From the NCBI GenBank assembly GCA_963704755.1, contig OY969938.1:3240001-3272000 (forward strand): 32,000 bases of DNA. Reading direction: 5' to 3'. The notes below the pieces were generated by a model. The model did no database searches. It was not told the origin of the DNA and was given only the letters and a program-made list of their open reading frames with translations. The stretch is from an uncultured Chloroflexia bacterium (GTDB taxonomy: Bacteria; Chloroflexota; Anaerolineae; Anaerolineales; Anaerolineaceae). Within the stretch, counting starts at the first letter, position 1, and each line of letters starts with the position of its first letter. The position numbers and the translations under genes are program-made. Shown here in pieces: positions 30,431 to 32,000 of this stretch.

Positions 30431-32000
30431 CTATCGGTTCGGCATGACCACCAAGGGAAGGAACACTTTTATGGGGTCACGAATGCCGGTGAAGTTTACG
30501 TTTTGCAGGCCTTGATCGCTGATCGTTATTGCTTGCGTTGCCGGAGTGAACGTGTAACCTGCGAAAACTGGTGTGATGGTATATTGCCCGGCCAGCAGGC
30601 CGGAAAACAGGTAATTTCCATTTGCATCACTGGTCGCCGTTATCCCGGGCGCGATGGTCAGCAGCACCCCGGCCAGGGGTGTGGCGCCATCCATTATTTT
30701 CCCGCTGACGTTATAGCGGACCAGTTCCCCTGAAAAATCGACGTTTTGCAGATTCTGATTGCTGATCGTGACCGCGCGGGATTCAGGAGTGAACGTATAG
30801 CCGGCTTTCAGCAGTGTGATGGTGTAATCCCCTGGAACCAGGCTGGCGAACAGGTAATTCCCATCTGCATCGCTGGTTGCGGTGACGTCCGGAGCGATGG
30901 TCAGCAGTACCCCGGCCAGGGGGGTGGTTCCATTCGTTATTTTCCCACTGATGTCGTAACAGACCAGTGCCCCTGAAAAATCAACGTTTTGTAGATTTTG
31001 ATCACTGAGGGTGATCGAGCGAGATGACGGGGTGAACGTATATCCGGCTTTGGCCGGTGTGATGCTGTAGTCTCCCGGCAGCAGGCTGGAGAACAGGTAA
31101 TTCCCATTCACATCGCTGGTCGCTGTGATATCGGGCGCGATGGCCAGCGACACCCCGGCCAGGGGGGTGGTTCCATCGGTTATTTTTCCACTAACGTTGT
31201 AACGGATCATTGCGCCGCTGAAATTGATGTTTTGCAGGTTTTGATCGCTGATGGTGACCGAACGAGATAGTGGAGTGAATATAAAGCCTGTTTTTGCAGG
31301 TGTAATGCTGTAATCTCCGGGAAGCAGGCCGGAGAAATGGTAATTTCCATCCCCATCGCTGGTCGCCGTGACATCCGGCGTGATGGTCAGCAATACTCCG
31401 GCCAGGGGCGTGGTTCCATCGGTTATTTTCCCGCTGATGGAATACCGGATCAGCGCTCCTGAAAAATTGATGTTTTGCAGATTTTGCGTGCTGATGGTGA
31501 GCGACCGAGATAGCGGGGTGAACGCATAGCCGGCTTTGGCAGGAGTAAGGGTGTAATTTCCAGGAAGCAGGCCGGTGAAACAGTAGTTCCCGCTGGCGTC
31601 GGTTGTGGCCGTAATGTCCGGGGCGATGGTCAGCAACACCCCGGATAGAGGCGTGGCGCCATCCATAACCTTCCCGCTGATATCATATTTTGTTAGTTCG
31701 GCCGAAAAATCGACGGTGTCTATGTCCTGGTGGCTGACGGTTACCCCTTGAGTGGGCGGGCTGAACGTATAGCCGGTCAACTGTGGCGTGATGGTGTAGC
31801 TCCCTTGAGTGAGGTTGGAAAACAGGTAATCGCCATTCTCATCGCTGGTCGCGGTAATTTCTGGCGCAATGCTCAGGGTTACTCCAGGCAAAGGTGCGGA
31901 CCCCTCCATTATTTTTCCGCCAACTTCATGGTATTCGCTGGGCTCCCCCGAGAAGGTGATGCCTTGCAGGTCCTGGTTGGTCAGGTTTGCCGCCAGCGAA
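30431..32000 (-). CDS. Surface/secreted protein made of tandem carboxypeptidase-regulatory-like (CarboxypepD_reg / Cna-B-like) domains; 5' end outside the window
   Basis: 81-aa units of the form SGKITDGTTPLAGVLLTIAPDVTATSDxxGNYxFSGLLPGDYSITPAKxGYTFTPxSRSVTISDQNLQNVNFSG. The frame stays open upstream of the track Met at 31909 (own translation ...SLAANLTNQDLQGITFSGEPSEYHEVGGKIMEG), so the gene continues past 32000. Confidence 0.8.
   Translation of the reverse strand, partial: SLAANLTNQDLQGITFSGEPSEYHEVGGKIMEGSAPLPGVTLSIAPEITATSDENGDYLFSNLTQGSYTITPQLTGYTFSPPTQGVTVSHQDIDTVDFSAELTKYDISGKVMDGATPLSGVLLTIAPDITATTDASGNYCFTGLLPGNYTLTPAKAGYAFTPLSRSLTISTQNLQNINFSGALIRYSISGKITDGTTPLAGVLLTITPDVTATSDGDGNYHFSGLLPGDYSITPAKTGFIFTPLSRSVTISDQNLQNINFSGAMIRYNVSGKITDGTTPLAGVSLAIAPDITATSDVNGNYLFSSLLPGDYSITPAKAGYTFTPSSRSITLSDQNLQNVDFSGALVCYDISGKITNGTTPLAGVLLTIAPDVTATSDADGNYLFASLVPGDYTITLLKAGYTFTPESRAVTISNQNLQNVDFSGELVRYNVSGKIMDGATPLAGVLLTIAPGITATSDANGNYLFSGLLAGQYTITPVFAGYTFTPATQAITISDQGLQNVNFTGIRDPIKVFLPLVVMPNR
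30470..32000. repeat. Tandem DNA repeat, 243-bp unit, at least 6 copies (coding)
   Basis: The recurrent motif GTTTTGCAG(A/G)(T/C)TTTGAT recurs at about 30502, 30745, 30988, 31229 and 31472, with diverged copies near 31715 and 31958. Plus-strand shadow ORFs at 30503 and 30746 are 243 bp apart. Confidence 0.85.

Noticed and set aside
1-32000. tRNA, rRNA, tmRNA, transposase or integrase genes
   Set aside because: Visual scanning of the non-coding gaps for T-loop (GGTTCGAATCC-like) and acceptor-stem patterns and for IS-type ORFs found nothing convincing. A tRNAscan/Infernal run would be the definitive check.

Overview
GC-rich bacterial chromosomal window, almost entirely coding. I saw no rRNA, tRNA, CRISPR array or transposase. 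Positions 1-10622 form one co-directional minus-strand block that reads like a self-contained reductive-dehalogenase (organohalide-respiration type) module. In order it holds a GAF-containing sensor kinase with a NarL-type regulator, rdhA-rdhB, a PceC/CprC-type (NosR-like) FMN/CX3CP membrane protein, a small membrane protein, an ApbE flavin transferase and TPR protein(s) with an apparent frameshift. It ends with a cobalamin riboswitch in front of a BtuF/BtuC-like corrinoid uptake operon. The rest is housekeeping or accessory: two PhnB-like VOC proteins flanking a GH5 glycosidase, a secreted beta-helix/PKD protein, panE, a membrane-anchored alpha/beta hydrolase and recQ. Next comes a visibly AT-rich island of about 2.2 kb carrying a DUF4915-like coiled-coil protein and a decayed AbiEii toxin gene. 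After it lie adenosine deaminase, an Ala/Arg-rich helical protein convergent with a CPBP protease, a PD40-repeat secreted protein, a DEAD-box helicase and a surface protein built from 243-bp tandem units. The most unusual non-genic signal is a superfamily of about ten 51-57-nt near-perfect hairpins (24-26-bp stems, many centred on C-GAA-G) in roughly every second or third intergenic spacer. Four of the five class-1 copies mark the transcription-unit boundaries of the rdh block. There is also a 4 x 22-bp direct-repeat array seeded by the apbE stop region. Lineage guess (inference only): Chloroflexota-like, from Dehalococcoidia-style RdhB motifs and Thr/Ala/Pro-rich lipoprotein linkers.
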